A stretch of DNA of 60,207 nucleotides, filler included, from Hausera hauseri (GCA_046269625.1; 12 parts of 12 records of this genome joined end to end with filler, not necessarily neighbours in it), one strand, 5' to 3'; counted from the first letter of the whole stretch, positions 23,591 to 33,855 are shown. The notes: generated by a model from the letters alone, not told the origin. Made by a program: numbers and translations.

Positions 23591-23653
23591 TGGTTCTCTT
23601 TTTTCGTGCTTTGGTTTTTTCCCTGGCCAGATGAAGACTGAGAGTGTGAAATC

Positions 23654-23793
23654 GCCTAACGTCGAGCCTCAGCCGCTGTCAACATTTGTTAAACCGAGTA
23701 CTTGCAGGTTGTGCTGCTCACTCATCTCAAAACTACCAGGATCCTTTGGAATTACGAGATTCCGTCCCGAGGCTCAGTACTCAATAGTTATTG
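23654..23793 (-). other. attC site (left boundary ambiguous: 23793 or 23714)
   Basis: R' GTTAGGC at 23654-23660, a GAGCCTC/GAGGCTC inverted pair, and two candidate R'' sites. Confidence 0.6.
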
Positions 23794-25323
23794 CATAAAA
23801 TCAAAGGCGTTTAGCAAATCCCCCGCCCCGTCCCTCACCCCTGGTAGCGGTTCGAGCGCAAAACGGCGCGTGATGAACTTGAGAATTGATGTCGTGTCGT
23901 ACGGCGTGTGATCGACATACCCGCGCTTGGCATACGGTGAGATGATGATTGCCGGAATACGTGTACCAGGCCCCCAGCGGTCACTCTTGGGCGGCGGCAC
24001 GTGATCCCAGAAGCCGCCATTTTCATCATAGGTCATAATGATGGCGGTCTTTGACCAGAGGGGGCTGGCCTTAATCTTGGCTACGACCTCCGCAATGTGC
24101 TTGTCGCCGGATAAGATATCTGTGTAGCCCGGGTGTTGGTTGACGGCACCTGCTGGTTTGTAGAACGCCACGTGCGGTAAAGTGCCACGTTCAATCGCCG
24201 CCAGGAACTCCGCACCATCCTGCAAATGCTGGTCGCGATCAGCCGTCCCTGGCGCAAAGCGCGCGAAGTAGTTGAACGGTTGATGGTGCGGCTGGAATAT
24301 GATAGGGCTTTCGCGATTGTAGATCACCATACGCTTGGCATCAGGGGTCTGCATGCCGTCGCGCAACGCCTCATTCCACCCCCCGGCATACCATATCCAT
24401 GAGATGCCCTTGGCCGAGAGCGTGTCACCAATGGTCTTGAGGGTTTGCGGCGGCGTGGGATGCTTCGTGGTATCCGCAAAGCGTGGGTTTCCATTAGCTG
24501 CGGGGGGAATACCGCTCGGCTGATACGGGGGTTGCGACGTATCGACCACATACCCATCTGGTGTCACGGCCCCAGCGAAGAAGGTTGGTGGCCCTGAGAG
24601 CGCTGAAGCTGGGGCATCCGGCTTACGTCTGAGCCGACCCTGGTCGTCAAGCTGGGCGCGGATCGACATGGGTGCGTCCCGGTATACGGGCGTGCAGGCG
24701 CACACTAGCCACATGTGGTTGAGGTACGACCCACCAAACGCCGCCATGAAGAAGTTGTCGGCCAGCGTATATTCCTGTGCCCATTTCCACATCGCCAGTG
24801 GCGCACCGTCGTAATACCCCATGGCAAGACCGCCGGCATCCGAGATGGCCACGAACTTGTCATTTTTGCCACCGTTGATCTGTTCCTGGTTATGGTAAAA
24901 GCGATGGACAATCGCGCCCGTCGGCACTGACATCGGCCGATAGGCCGGGTTGCCATCGAGACGGAAAGGCTTGTTGGGTAGTGGTGTTGGAAAGGCAGGG
25001 TCTGGGTGGTCACCTTTCCAGATTGGCAGGTGGGGCAACGGTGTGCCGTCGTGGTCGACTTGGGTGGGATGGGTTGCCTGTGCAATGCCGTTGGCACCTG
25101 GGAACAGTCCGAACAGATGGTCGAAACTACGGTTTTCGGCGTAGATCACCACGATGTGCTCAATGGCGTCGAGTCTACGGTGTGCTTCCTGCGCCAAAGC
25201 ACTCGTGCTGTGCGCGAGCAGGACACACACGATGGCAAACAGTGGTTGCGTTAAGGCACATTGCACTCGGGTGGCTTTGGACTCTGGATGGACTCCTGTG
25301 ACTCGCTCTTCTTGTGTGTACAT
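23788..25323 (-). CDS. acpA: Acid phosphatase AcpA / phospholipase C-phosphoesterase family, secreted
   Basis: IEHIVVIYAENRSFDHLFG, HRFY, LADNFF, GGSYLNH, HHQPFNYF, TYDENGGFWDHV, GPGTRIP, YDTTSILKFI. RBS GGAGGAG lies before ATG 25323. Confidence 0.9.
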   Translation of the reverse strand: MYTQEERVTGVHPESKATRVQCALTQPLFAIVCVLLAHSTSALAQEAHRRLDAIEHIVVIYAENRSFDHLFGLFPGANGIAQATHPTQVDHDGTPLPHLPIWKGDHPDPAFPTPLPNKPFRLDGNPAYRPMSVPTGAIVHRFYHNQEQINGGKNDKFVAISDAGGLAMGYYDGAPLAMWKWAQEYTLADNFFMAAFGGSYLNHMWLVCACTPVYRDAPMSIRAQLDDQGRLRRKPDAPASALSGPPTFFAGAVTPDGYVVDTSQPPYQPSGIPPAANGNPRFADTTKHPTPPQTLKTIGDTLSAKGISWIWYAGGWNEALRDGMQTPDAKRMVIYNRESPIIFQPHHQPFNYFARFAPGTADRDQHLQDGAEFLAAIERGTLPHVAFYKPAGAVNQHPGYTDILSGDKHIAEVVAKIKASPLWSKTAIIMTYDENGGFWDHVPPPKSDRWGPGTRIPAIIISPYAKRGYVDHTPYDTTSILKFITRRFALEPLPGVRDGAGDLLNAFDFMQ

Positions 25324-25359
25324 GGTTTTCTCCTCCCATCGGTAACATTCTGTGCTCAC

Positions 25360-25422
25360 GCACAACTTTCCCCTACACTCATCGGGGCGAAAGCCCTGAT
25401 GTCTTCTGGTATTAAGTTATAT
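25360..25422 (-). other. attC site (63 bp)
   Basis: ATATAAC...CATCAGGGC TTTC GCCCCGATG...GTTGTGC. Confidence 0.75.
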
Positions 25423-25857
25423 ATTGGTTTTTTTTAGCTCAACCCGAGGAATCCAAACAGACCTCCAGCGTACTATCTTTTCACTGGCGCTTAATTCCTG
25501 AGAAGAAACAGCTACTTCTTTGCCTAGAAGCGACAAGTCTTCTAAGCACTTCGAGTTTACGGCACCAATCAGTTCAACGCCATTCTCATAGAGAACAGCC
25601 ACCAGCACACCGCAATTACTACAAAGAACAAAATCTGCGCTATTAGATCCCTGCCTGTATCTCTGAAGCATTGACGGGTTACTTACATCAATAGCCAGGC
25701 GTCCATTTGGATCAGAAACGTAAGCGGCTCCATGTTTTCGGCAGAATGTACAGTCACACGCTCTAGGATGAAAGTCTTTATGGGCGATCTCTGTTTCAAA
25801 TGTGACTTGAAGGTTTTCGCAGTGGCAGCTTCCAGTCAGCACGTTTATCTTTGCCAT
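25417..25857 (-). CDS. GFA / CENP-V family zinc protein (aldehyde-activating)
   Basis: GSCHC, RACDCTFCRKHG, FVLCSNCGV, AVN..CL motifs. Confidence 0.88.
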   Translation of the reverse strand: MAKINVLTGSCHCENLQVTFETEIAHKDFHPRACDCTFCRKHGAAYVSDPNGRLAIDVSNPSMLQRYRQGSNSADFVLCSNCGVLVAVLYENGVELIGAVNSKCLEDLSLLGKEVAVSSQELSASEKIVRWRSVWIPRVELKKTNI

Positions 25858-25870
25858 AACGTCTCCCTCC

Positions 25871-25965
25871 CGGTAACGTTTGAGTTAAGGGGCGGCACAA
25901 GGGGTGATAATAGCTGAAGGTCAACACCTCTTGTAATCCTGTTCCGCTTGAGCGAAGGGTTGTGC
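25871..25965 (-). other. attC site (95 bp)
   Basis: GCACAAC CCTTCGCTCAAG...CCCCTTAACTCAAAC GTTACCG. Confidence 0.8.
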
Positions 25966-25968
25966 CAT

Positions 25969-26499
25969 TTACTCATTGGGAATAATGGCAACTAAATCGG
26001 TAACGCCAACATCAATGCCTGATTGGAGCAGCAGGGTACTGACTTGACCACGATGATGGGTTTGATGGTTGAATAAATGCATGATTAAACTGTAAAAATT
26101 TTTGCTTGAAACCACACCCTTTATGCTTTTGTAGCTCAATACAGCGTCCAGATCTGGCTCTGTGAGAGTAGCCGCCCATTCGGAGATAGTACTATCAAGA
26201 GTTTTGCGATATTGATATAAGGACTCTATGTCTGAAAATAATTGCTGATCGAGTGATTTTGGGTTTTCGACTTCCAACTGCTTTAACGCCATGAAGTTTG
26301 CAGGATGATTGGCAAATCGTTTAAGCCAAATTGTGTCACCAACAGCAATGTGGTTTAACGTACCCAGTATTGAGCCAAAAAATGATTTTTTATCCGCTGC
26401 CAGCTCTGGTGCCGGTAACTGTCGTGCAGCAGTGTAGATGTTTTCATTCATCCATTGGTTGTATGAAGCCATAAGGCAAATGTGATTAATTCGACGCAC
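25969..26499 (-). CDS. DinB/YfiT-family protein
   Basis: YNQWMN, FFGSILGTLNHI..GD.IWL.RF, HLFNHQTHHRGQ. Confidence 0.92.
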   Translation of the reverse strand: MRRINHICLMASYNQWMNENIYTAARQLPAPELAADKKSFFGSILGTLNHIAVGDTIWLKRFANHPANFMALKQLEVENPKSLDQQLFSDIESLYQYRKTLDSTISEWAATLTEPDLDAVLSYKSIKGVVSSKNFYSLIMHLFNHQTHHRGQVSTLLLQSGIDVGVTDLVAIIPNE

Positions 26500-26511
26500 T
26501 GTTTTTCTAGG

Positions 26512-26578
26512 GCATAACGTTTGGGGTAACCGGCCTACGCGGTTTTTCGCGCAGATCCGATTGACTGCCGGGTTGGGC
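26512..26578 (-). other. attC site (67 bp)
   Basis: GCCCAAC CCGGCAGTCAA...GGTTACCCCAAAC GTTATGC. Confidence 0.85.
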
Positions 26579-26600
26579 GGAAAGTGGAACCAACGAGTTT

Positions 26601-27044
26601 TTAATCAGGTTTGACGACACGACCAACTATGAAAACGGAGACCAGACCAACGACCGTTGTACTGCCAATAACACCAGCAACAGCAGGAGAACCCATGGCC
26701 AGTGCCAACATTGAGGCACCAATAGCAGCAAGGCCGATTATGAAACCAAAGAATTGGCCTCGCTTTACTTCGGCCTCCATTGCGTGCAGGGCAGCAAATT
26801 CGATTTCTTGTTGGTGCTTCGCATCTGACTCAGCCATTATCAAGATGCGTTCAGCGGCACCTTTGACAAGACGCTCATATCCATCAAGTACTGAAGGGGG
26901 TGGCATGGGGCCAGCAAATGTAGATTGCTGGAACTGTGCAACAGACTTGCTATTGTCATTTGCGCCGGGAGCAGTAACAGAGCCATTGGCGGTGTTAACG
27001 GCGTTCTTAGGCTGTTTTGGTTTTTGTAATGGAGGTCGAGCCAT
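26601..27044 (-). CDS. DUF2335-like membrane protein (2 C-terminal TM helices)
   Basis: FAGPMPPPSVLDGYERLVKGAAERILIMAE...H...RGQ motif followed by two hydrophobic helices. Confidence 0.85.
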   Translation of the reverse strand: MARPPLQKPKQPKNAVNTANGSVTAPGANDNSKSVAQFQQSTFAGPMPPPSVLDGYERLVKGAAERILIMAESDAKHQQEIEFAALHAMEAEVKRGQFFGFIIGLAAIGASMLALAMGSPAVAGVIGSTTVVGLVSVFIVGRVVKPD

Positions 27045-27216
27045 TGTCAACGAACGATCCGCAAGCGCGGCTAACAGACTCGCCAACGTGGGTGAAATGA
27101 CTGGCCATGCGCTCAGTGCCGCTACGACGCGGTGCTAATTGACGCAGATTGCGCGCAGGAGCCAAGTCCATCACGCTTCCGGCACCACGAAGAAAATTTT
27201 TGGTTCTCGTATTCAT
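27007..27216 (-). CDS. Small hypothetical protein overlapping the DUF2335 gene
   Basis: 69 aa starting MNTRTKNFLRGAGSVMDLAP. The longer listed ORF runs into the upstream attC. Confidence 0.65.
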   Translation of the reverse strand: MNTRTKNFLRGAGSVMDLAPARNLRQLAPRRSGTERMASHFTHVGESVSRACGSFVDNGSTSITKTKTA

Positions 27217-27222
27217 GGGTGA

Positions 27223-27251
27223 ATGGTAGCCGTAAGCGGCTTTGCAATCAA
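27223..27251 (-). promoter_or_regulatory. Cassette-internal sigma70-like promoter, probably giving a leaderless mRNA
   Basis: TTGATT-17 nt-TACCAT, ending 6 nt before ATG 27216. No SD sequence is present. Confidence 0.55.
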
Positions 27252-27291
27252 GTTGTTGGCAAACGTATTTATAGCACGCGCTATCTTTGAT

Positions 27292-27369
27292 ACCCAATGA
27301 GGAGTTAAGGGGCGGGCACAAGGGGTAATAATAGCTGAAGGTCAAAACCTCTTGAGCGCTATGTTATGC
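27292..27369 (-). other. attC site (78 bp; R' degenerate ATTGGGT), related to the 25871-25965 site
   Basis: GCATAAC ATAGCGCTCAAG AGGTTTTGACCTTCAGCTATTATTACCCCTTGTGCCCGCCCCTTAACTC. Confidence 0.7.
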
Positions 27370-27373
27370 GTGA

Positions 27374-27586
27374 TTACTTGCAGCAAGCACCTTGCTGAAT
27401 TGGTGGGCATGGAACTGACCCATAAGAACAGAAAACGCAACAATCATCAGACTTTGGTTTAAGCAAAGTACCTCACCCTGCGCACTCATAAAACCACTGG
27501 CACGCATCAGTTGGCATGGTTTCTGTTTCTTTGCATCCGCAAGAAGGGCAAGTAATTGTTGACTGCAGGATTATTTGTTCGCACAT
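27374..27586 (-). CDS. GDCCVxC-type Cys-rich metal-binding protein with in-frame UGA at a Cys position (selenoprotein or nonsense mutant); absent from the ORF track
   Basis: MCEQIILQSTITCPSCGCKETETMPTDACQWFYECAG*GTLLKPKSDDCCVFCSYGSVPCPPIQQGACCK. TGA at 27473-27475; overlaps the merC stop. Confidence 0.85.
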
Positions 27587-27996
27587 GATGGATTTCCAGT
27601 TGTTTCTGGTACTTTGCAGGTTTTTGTTGGAGGAGAAATGAAGTCATAGATTGAAACGGCAAACATTACCGTCAAAGCAAAATAAAACATATAGGTGCTC
27701 CAGTCATTTGCCCAAAACAAATACAGTGTGGCAAGCACCATGGTAGGGCCGGAAATGCCAAGCAGCCCGCGAATATGCTTTTTATGTGATGCCCACATTA
27801 TGAGCGCAGAAAAAAGGGCAATGCCTGCAAACACTGGCAGCAATGTATTGATAAAAACGCCCTCAAATTGAGCGAGAAATCCAAGCCCAAGCGTTGCTCC
27901 AAGAGAACCAAGAATAGGGAAACACGCTGGACAGCTCATTGCTGAAACTATGGCACCGAGCGAACCGAATTTTTCAAAAAAGGCGGGGATTCCCAT
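27571..27996 (-). CDS. merC: Mercury transport protein MerC
   Basis: GSLGAIVSAMSCPACFP..G..LGLGFL.QFEG.FI..LLP.FA...GP...VSIYDFISP..C matches MerC. Confidence 0.9.
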   Translation of the reverse strand: MGIPAFFEKFGSLGAIVSAMSCPACFPILGSLGATLGLGFLAQFEGVFINTLLPVFAGIALFSALIMWASHKKHIRGLLGISGPTMVLATLYLFWANDWSTYMFYFALTVMFAVSIYDFISPPTKTCKVPETTGNPSCANK

Positions 27997-28011
27997 GTGA
28001 GGGCTCCTGAC

Positions 28012-28127
28012 GTATAACAGGATGCGAAATAAACGACACCAGCACGGGTATGGAGGCAGAGCTGCTGCCGATGTGCCGCAAGCGGTCGTAACCGCGTAGC
28101 GGCTTCGGCTTGAATAAATTGTTAGGT
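28012..28127 (-). other. attC site (116 bp), apparently hybrid
   Basis: ACCTAAC AATTTATTCAAGCCGAAGCCGC...GTTATAC; the two halves complement poorly. Confidence 0.65.
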
Positions 28128-28532
28128 ACCGGCCGTGTTTGCATCAGGCCTTTTTGCCGACATCCGCTCGTAGAGCAAGCCCCCGACCCAACACTGCGGA
28201 ATGGCCAACACAACCAGAGCAATGGGATACCACATTGGCGCAAGACCTTTGTTCCAAGTCACTGCCACGCCAACAAGCCCCAGTGCCGTACCAACGTAGC
28301 CCAGTGCCATGGAATGTTTCATAGGATTGCGGGGTGCAAGCTTGGCGGTGAGCCATGCGCCGGCGATACTGATAATGACTCGATAGATAGTTGCAATAAC
28401 GGCAAGGGTGTTGTCCATGGGCTCACCCATGGGTGGATAGACCTTTGCCATATGCAAAGCGATGTCCACCAAGGTCGTGACGACAATGATGAACACAACA
28501 CCAATAACGACAGCCAAGATGGATTTCTTCAC
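28122..28532 (-). CDS. Hypothetical 4-TM membrane protein (first cassette)
   Basis: Four hydrophobic segments, RBS GGAG before GTG, and the stop lies within the attC R'' site. Confidence 0.8.
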   Translation of the reverse strand: MKKSILAVVIGVVFIIVVTTLVDIALHMAKVYPPMGEPMDNTLAVIATIYRVIISIAGAWLTAKLAPRNPMKHSMALGYVGTALGLVGVAVTWNKGLAPMWYPIALVVLAIPQCWVGGLLYERMSAKRPDANTAGT

Positions 28533-28550
28533 GACTATCTCCCATTAGGT

Positions 28551-28600
28551 GCCTAGCGCTCAGTATACACCTGCACAGGTGCATACTTCGATAAAGCGCT
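28551..28600 (-). other. Candidate attI region
   Basis: GCTAGGC (GTTRRRY variant) at 28551-28557, between the first cassette and the intI start. Confidence 0.4.
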
Positions 28601-28655
28601 GGCATAAAACTGGAAAATCAATCATAACCATTTGTTTTTCCGTGAAGGAAAAATT

Positions 28656-29292
28656 ATGAAACCAAATCTGGCAGCAGTATACACCACCCAGAATTCTCCA
28701 AAACTGCTTGACCAAATGCGCGACAAACTCAGGATAAAACATTACAGCCCCCGAATAGAAAAGCAATACCTCCAGTAGGCAAGACATTACATTCTATTCA
28801 CGGCAAGCGTCATCCACGTGATATGGGGGAGCAAGAGGTTGGCCATTCCTGACGCATCTTGCTGTGGAAGGCAATATAGCGTCGCAAACTGTTGGATCAA
28901 GACAGTCGGCAAGGAGTCAACAGCGTCTGGTTGTTCTATGTGCTGGGACGCAAATATCCGGAAGCTGCCCGGGGATGGGGTTGGCAATATGTTTTTCCGG
29001 CACACGGGCTATCACGTGTGCACGGTGAGTGGCGTGTTCCGGCGGCACCATCTGGATGAAAAAGGATTGCAGCGCGCCATGAAAAAGCGGTACGGATTTT
29101 CAGCATAGTCAAGCCGGACACTCCGCACACCTTGCGGCATTCTTTTGCTACGCATCTGCTGCAAGGCGGCTATGATATACGTACTGTGCAGGAGTTTCTG
29201 GGGCATAAGGATGTACAAACCACCATGGTCTACACGCATGTGTGCTGAACGAGGGTGGTCGGGGTGTTACCAGACCTCTGGATGTTGTTTAA
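28656..29292 (+). pseudogene. intI: Integron integrase, frameshifted with a large internal deletion
   Basis: PKLLDQMRDKLRIKHYS; QYVFPA; [15 protein letters not shown]; [41 protein letters not shown]. Only about 640 bp. Confidence 0.92.
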
Positions 29293-32023
29293 ATAGTTTG
29301 CCGGTTGCTCGTGATTAAGGACACGCTGATTTATTCGGAGATCGGCCGGTCATGATGATTGATGATATGCGAGAATCAGCACATGGATGGNNNNNNNNNN
29401 NNNNNNNNNNNNNNNNNNNNNNNNNNNNNNNNNNTTAATTAATTAANNNNNNNNNNNNNNNNNNNNNNNNNNNNNNNNNNNNNNNNNNNNATAAATGAAA
29501 TGATTAAAACATATCAAAATACAAAAAATGGTGTTAATGATTATTAATGGATACGAACGTCAGGTAATCACATGTTCCCGTTTATCGATGATCGGCTGTG
29601 TCACGTATCGATTTTTATAAAATATTTGCACATGTCGTACTTGAATTTGCGTCATCAGAAACATGGGCGATGATTTGAATCTCACATTAACATTGTGAGT
29701 AAGATATCGTGAATCGAATTGCAATGACTGTTGACGAATGTTTTCAGTGAGTTGATATCATTTCGTATAATGTTCAGTAATGTGTTCGTATTTATTGATA
29801 TTCGGGTGCAAGATATGTGTGGTAAACATAATTTCAAAAAACTCTTCGATGTTTGGGGTTCGCTTTATGTCGATGCCGCTATTAAGATTGACTGAATAAA
29901 ACTCATGGTTCGGAACAGTCACCCTTAAAGAAACAATTTTATGGGGCGACGAATTACATAGTCGGACTACCTGGGCTTTTAGTCCGTCGTATACTATCCG
30001 ATGGATGTTTCGTGTTATGCAAACTTAGATGGTTACAACTCAACTGTGAGACAGATTTAAATAACTTTAAACACGTTGTTTGGAGAATATGGGAATTTGA
30101 TTTGATTTTACTATTATCTGCGTTGTCTTTTACCAAGAATTTTCATAAATGAATACACAATTCCTCCTTTCTGTCTAATCTCCGTAATGACGATATTCGT
30201 ATTCTATCAAACGTTAATACGTGCTGATCATTTTCTACTACATATCGTAAAGTTGAACTACTAAGTCATTGGAGAATATCGGGTAATTTATCCAATTTCT
30301 CCAAAATGTATATAAGAAATTGAATTTGTCCATTACTGAGAATCGCATCTGACTTAAGAAATTCTGTTAGCGTTGGTCACATTTGTTGGCGTTTCGCTTA
30401 AAATAACTTGCGTCCGATCTTTGGAAATGAAATAATGATTGATATTTCCAGGCGGAAGATCGGGCCCGACGCGGCGGCAACGGACGCCCGGCCGTGTCAA
30501 ACCAAGTAAGCCAAAGGACACCGGTCGCTGTGGGCACCACAGTGATCTTTACACCGTGTGGTTGCATACTCTTTTCTAAATTCTTAACTTTCACTTTATC
30601 TTCAGTTTCCTGGATCGGTTTTTCCTTTTTTGAAGTGTCCGGAAATATCAATTTCACATTTTTTGAAGGACCGAATCTATTCAGTCATTCTGGGTATCAG
30701 TAACAGACGGATCAGAAATATGCCTGTGTCGGATTATTTTGAGGGTTTCGGACGTGTTGAAAGTCTTTCGTTGGAATAAACTTTTTCTGTTCATGTTGAT
30801 CATGTTCACAATAAGACTAATCGGTTGAGCCATCGAAAGAAAGTTCGCTTTGTATCATTTTTGAAAAATATAAGAAACGAATTAAAATTTAAATTTGAGT
30901 TTTTAATTTATTTGCTTTTGTAACTATGTAGGTTTACTACACGTATAGTAAATAGTAGACATTATCGTAATGATTCATGTGGTTCAGTACATAAACAAAG
31001 CTAAGATTATGCAGTATGAGCTTCTAAATATTGTCATTTCGCACTTCTTCTATTCCCTCCATACGTGCAGCAGAATTTTGAAATTTCATAAAGTTTTCGT
31101 TTCTTTTTTTCAAGTAATATTTTGATGTAACATCTAGAATCCTACATTGCATAACTTTTAGCTTTGTTTGAAAAAACTCATTATTAATAATCATAAAATT
31201 TAGTACTTGAAGAACCTGTGAAACTTAAAACTCTGATTAGCAGTAAGGTACTGTTCATTGTTAGTTGCTTCAAATGTGTTTAATCACCTTCATTTAGATC
31301 CTTTGACTATAGATTTATTATGTGTCGGCACGTAAGGATCCAAGGGTAGTATTACACGGGATTAATAATTGTAAAAGATTTCAATAATCAGTTTTTCGTT
31401 TCTTTTAATAGATTCATTGTATATAAAATCAACAATGATCTAAAAACACTTCAATCAAATGATTCAAGTTGATTAGAAAATGCGAGCGATTGGATGTTGA
31501 ATTTATACCATGTAATTTACTACGTGAGAATTATTAAATGTTGCACGAAAGACAACTGTGTGTATGCGTGTGTGTGTGTCATAAAGTACTTTAATAAATA
31601 CTCGTAGAGCGATTTATAGCTTTTCATATCTTAAATTATATATTTTTGATATCTGTAATTTTTATAGTAAATTTAAAATACTAATTAATGCGATTATTTT
31701 TTTTAATTTGGACATTTTGTCATTGTAACCGAATATATTCCATTAGAAAGTAAGAAAAAAAACATTTTACTGTGTATAATTGCATAAGAACTAAAATTAA
31801 GGTCTCTAACTTTATTGCAAACAAACCATATTCCAAATAAGCAAGGAGCAGTCAAATTATATCATATTCCATAAAAACAAAGACAGTAGATCAAAGTCAT
31901 TCTTATGAGAAACTCTAAACAGGTTCATGTACGCGCAATTGGATTTAGTCTGACGCATTAATCTTTCGTTTCTTTTCGATTTCAATTTTGCCATGAATCA
32001 ATAAATACACCTTTGATACATCT

Positions 32024-32311
32024 TCAGAGACCTGGTATCGTAATCGTTCTCTTTGATTTTTCAACAGACTTTTCCGGCTTTTTAGATACCGATATGTTCG
32101 TATTTGTTACTTCTTGAAGTGATATAATTGACTTAGCGTTTCGTCCGATTATTGGTCCAATATAATCGTCATCAATCTGACACAATAAGAAATTTAGTTT
32201 ATGAATAAACTGACTGTTAAATCTTTTAATAGTCGTTAGACCACTCGAAGTACCAGTGTTGGGGACAAAAAAGGAAACATACTTGCCAAACCGGGACGCT
32301 AGTTCAATCAA
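32024..32311 (-). pseudogene. KH-domain fragment (degenerate GxxG loop)
   Basis: IDDDYIGPIIGRNAKSIISLQEVTNTNISVSK...RTITI. Confidence 0.6.
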
Positions 32312-32496
32312 ACGGAACTAGCATAGTCGTAATCAACTTCCAACCGTAAAAATATTCATGTACGTAGATAATATCATCAAAATTTCATATATAATGTCAG
32401 GAAAGACGTTAATTCAATAATGAAGTAAGAAAGTTGTCAGAAATGTTTAACGGATTCTCTGTGATGCAATCAGAATTTTATTTTATTTGGGATGTA

Positions 32497-33763
32497 CATG
32501 GTGTATTCAGTAAGTATCGGACCTGAGGCAGAAAGCAATTTCAGAAACACGTAATTTTTATTACACAAAGAGACAAACATATAGCTATCACTTCTCAACA
32601 TAAGTCCCATTTCTCTACACACACTTCTGCCAACGAGCCACCAACTCGTCAAACGCTCGTTCGAAGAAGTCCGGAGGGCAGTCATCAAAGAAAGTCTCCA
32701 CAGCGATCCTCAAGTCGTCGTTGGACCGAAAGTTTTTCTCTGGCAAATGCTTCTTAAGATGTCTAAAGAGCCAAAAGTCGGTCGATGCCAAATCTGGACT
32801 GTATGACGAGTGGTCCACAAACGTCAGTCCTGCAGCTTCAATTGTAACCCGAGAAACGCCTGCCGTATGCACTGGCGCATTGTCATGCAGGAACCATAGT
32901 GGCATGTGCCTTTGCTTTCTTCTTTCATGCCTGGTGGTTGCAACGAGCTGACGCCGTTATCCACAGTCGTGTGGATGATGCCCTTTTGGTCCCAGAACAC
33001 GGAAAGCATCATCGTCTGTCTGTGGCTTGTCCCTGTCGGCACCTTCAAAGATGGCTTCTCTCCAGGCAATTTCAACTCCGCCGACTCACTTTAGGTTTCA
33101 GGGAAGTATATGCTAAGTGAGGTTTCATCCGCCGTAATTAAATTTGCCGGTAAAGTCTCCACATGTTCATAAAGAGCCAAGTTGTTTTGACAGCTTTCCA
33201 TTCGGGTTTGCATCATCTCACCAGTCCAGAAGCGTGGAACAAATCTGGAACATACCTTTTCTGATGCCCAATGCATTCAATTTTGCAAAGACCATACGGA
33301 GGCTAATGTTCAGTCGGGTTGCCAGCAATCTCGTGGTGATTCGACGCTCTTCTTGTATGATTTTCGGCAATTTTTCATCCACGAAGCTAAAAATTTCTCT
33401 CGGACGGCCTTCTCTTTCTTCATCAAATACTGAGGTGCGTCCACCTTTAAACTCTCTCACACAATATTTCACAGTTGTTAACGATGGAGCATCGTCCAAA
33501 TATATCGACTGCAGAAGCTCAAAGTTTTCGCTGCATGTTTTCTTCTGTAATACGAAAAACTTGATTACACTGCGGTATTCGACCTCTGAAATCATGACTA
33601 AGACGAAAATTTAAATTTCAATGAGATATTTTTGCTACAGACTGATAAAGTAAAACAAAACCAATATTGTAAACCTAGACAGATATAGGTGTTCTTGAAA
33701 TAAATGTCAGGTCCTTAGCCACTTTTTTCCTTGTTAGGTCGGGTACTTATTGTACGCATCATG
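32497..33763 (-). mobile_element. Full-length (1267 bp) mariner (DD34D) transposon with frameshifted transposase (about 32615-33595), imperfect TIRs of about 29 bp and TA TSD
   Basis: YRSVIKFF, DEEREGRP, RFVPR, ITADET, FLHDNAPVH, YSPDLAS.DFWLF. Ends TA-CATGGTGTATTCAGTAAGTATCGGACCT and AGGTCGGGTACTTATTGTACGCATCATG-TA. Confidence 0.93.
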
Positions 33764-33807
33764 TATGTGGTTAAATATGATATGGACACACACGCCATTT
33801 TGTAATA

Positions 33808-33855
33808 TTGGGTTGGCAAAAAAGTAATTTCGTTTTCACAAATAGAAAAAGTTTT
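33808..33855. mobile_element. Probable terminus of a second mariner-like element, cut by contig end
   Basis: TA + TTGGGTTGGCAAAAAAGTAATTTCG resembles mellifera-subfamily TIRs. Confidence 0.45.

Larger units (their letters stand above)
22339..29292 (-). mobile_element. Bacterial integron: intI pseudogene plus an array of at least 7 gene cassettes
   Basis: Higher GC, dense same-strand ORFs each followed by an RYYYAAC...GTTRRRY imperfect palindrome, and a divergent tyrosine recombinase. Confidence 0.92.

Noticed and set aside
23835-25363. Many overlapping alternative ORFs within acpA
   Set aside because: Shadow ORFs of a GC-rich gene, with no motifs.
22339-29390. Horizontal transfer of a bacterial integron into the eukaryote
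   Set aside because: Separate contig with no junction to eukaryotic sequence; co-binning is the simpler explanation.
29491-30860. Decayed minus-strand coding-like region
   Set aside because: Multiple stops and no identifiable motif.
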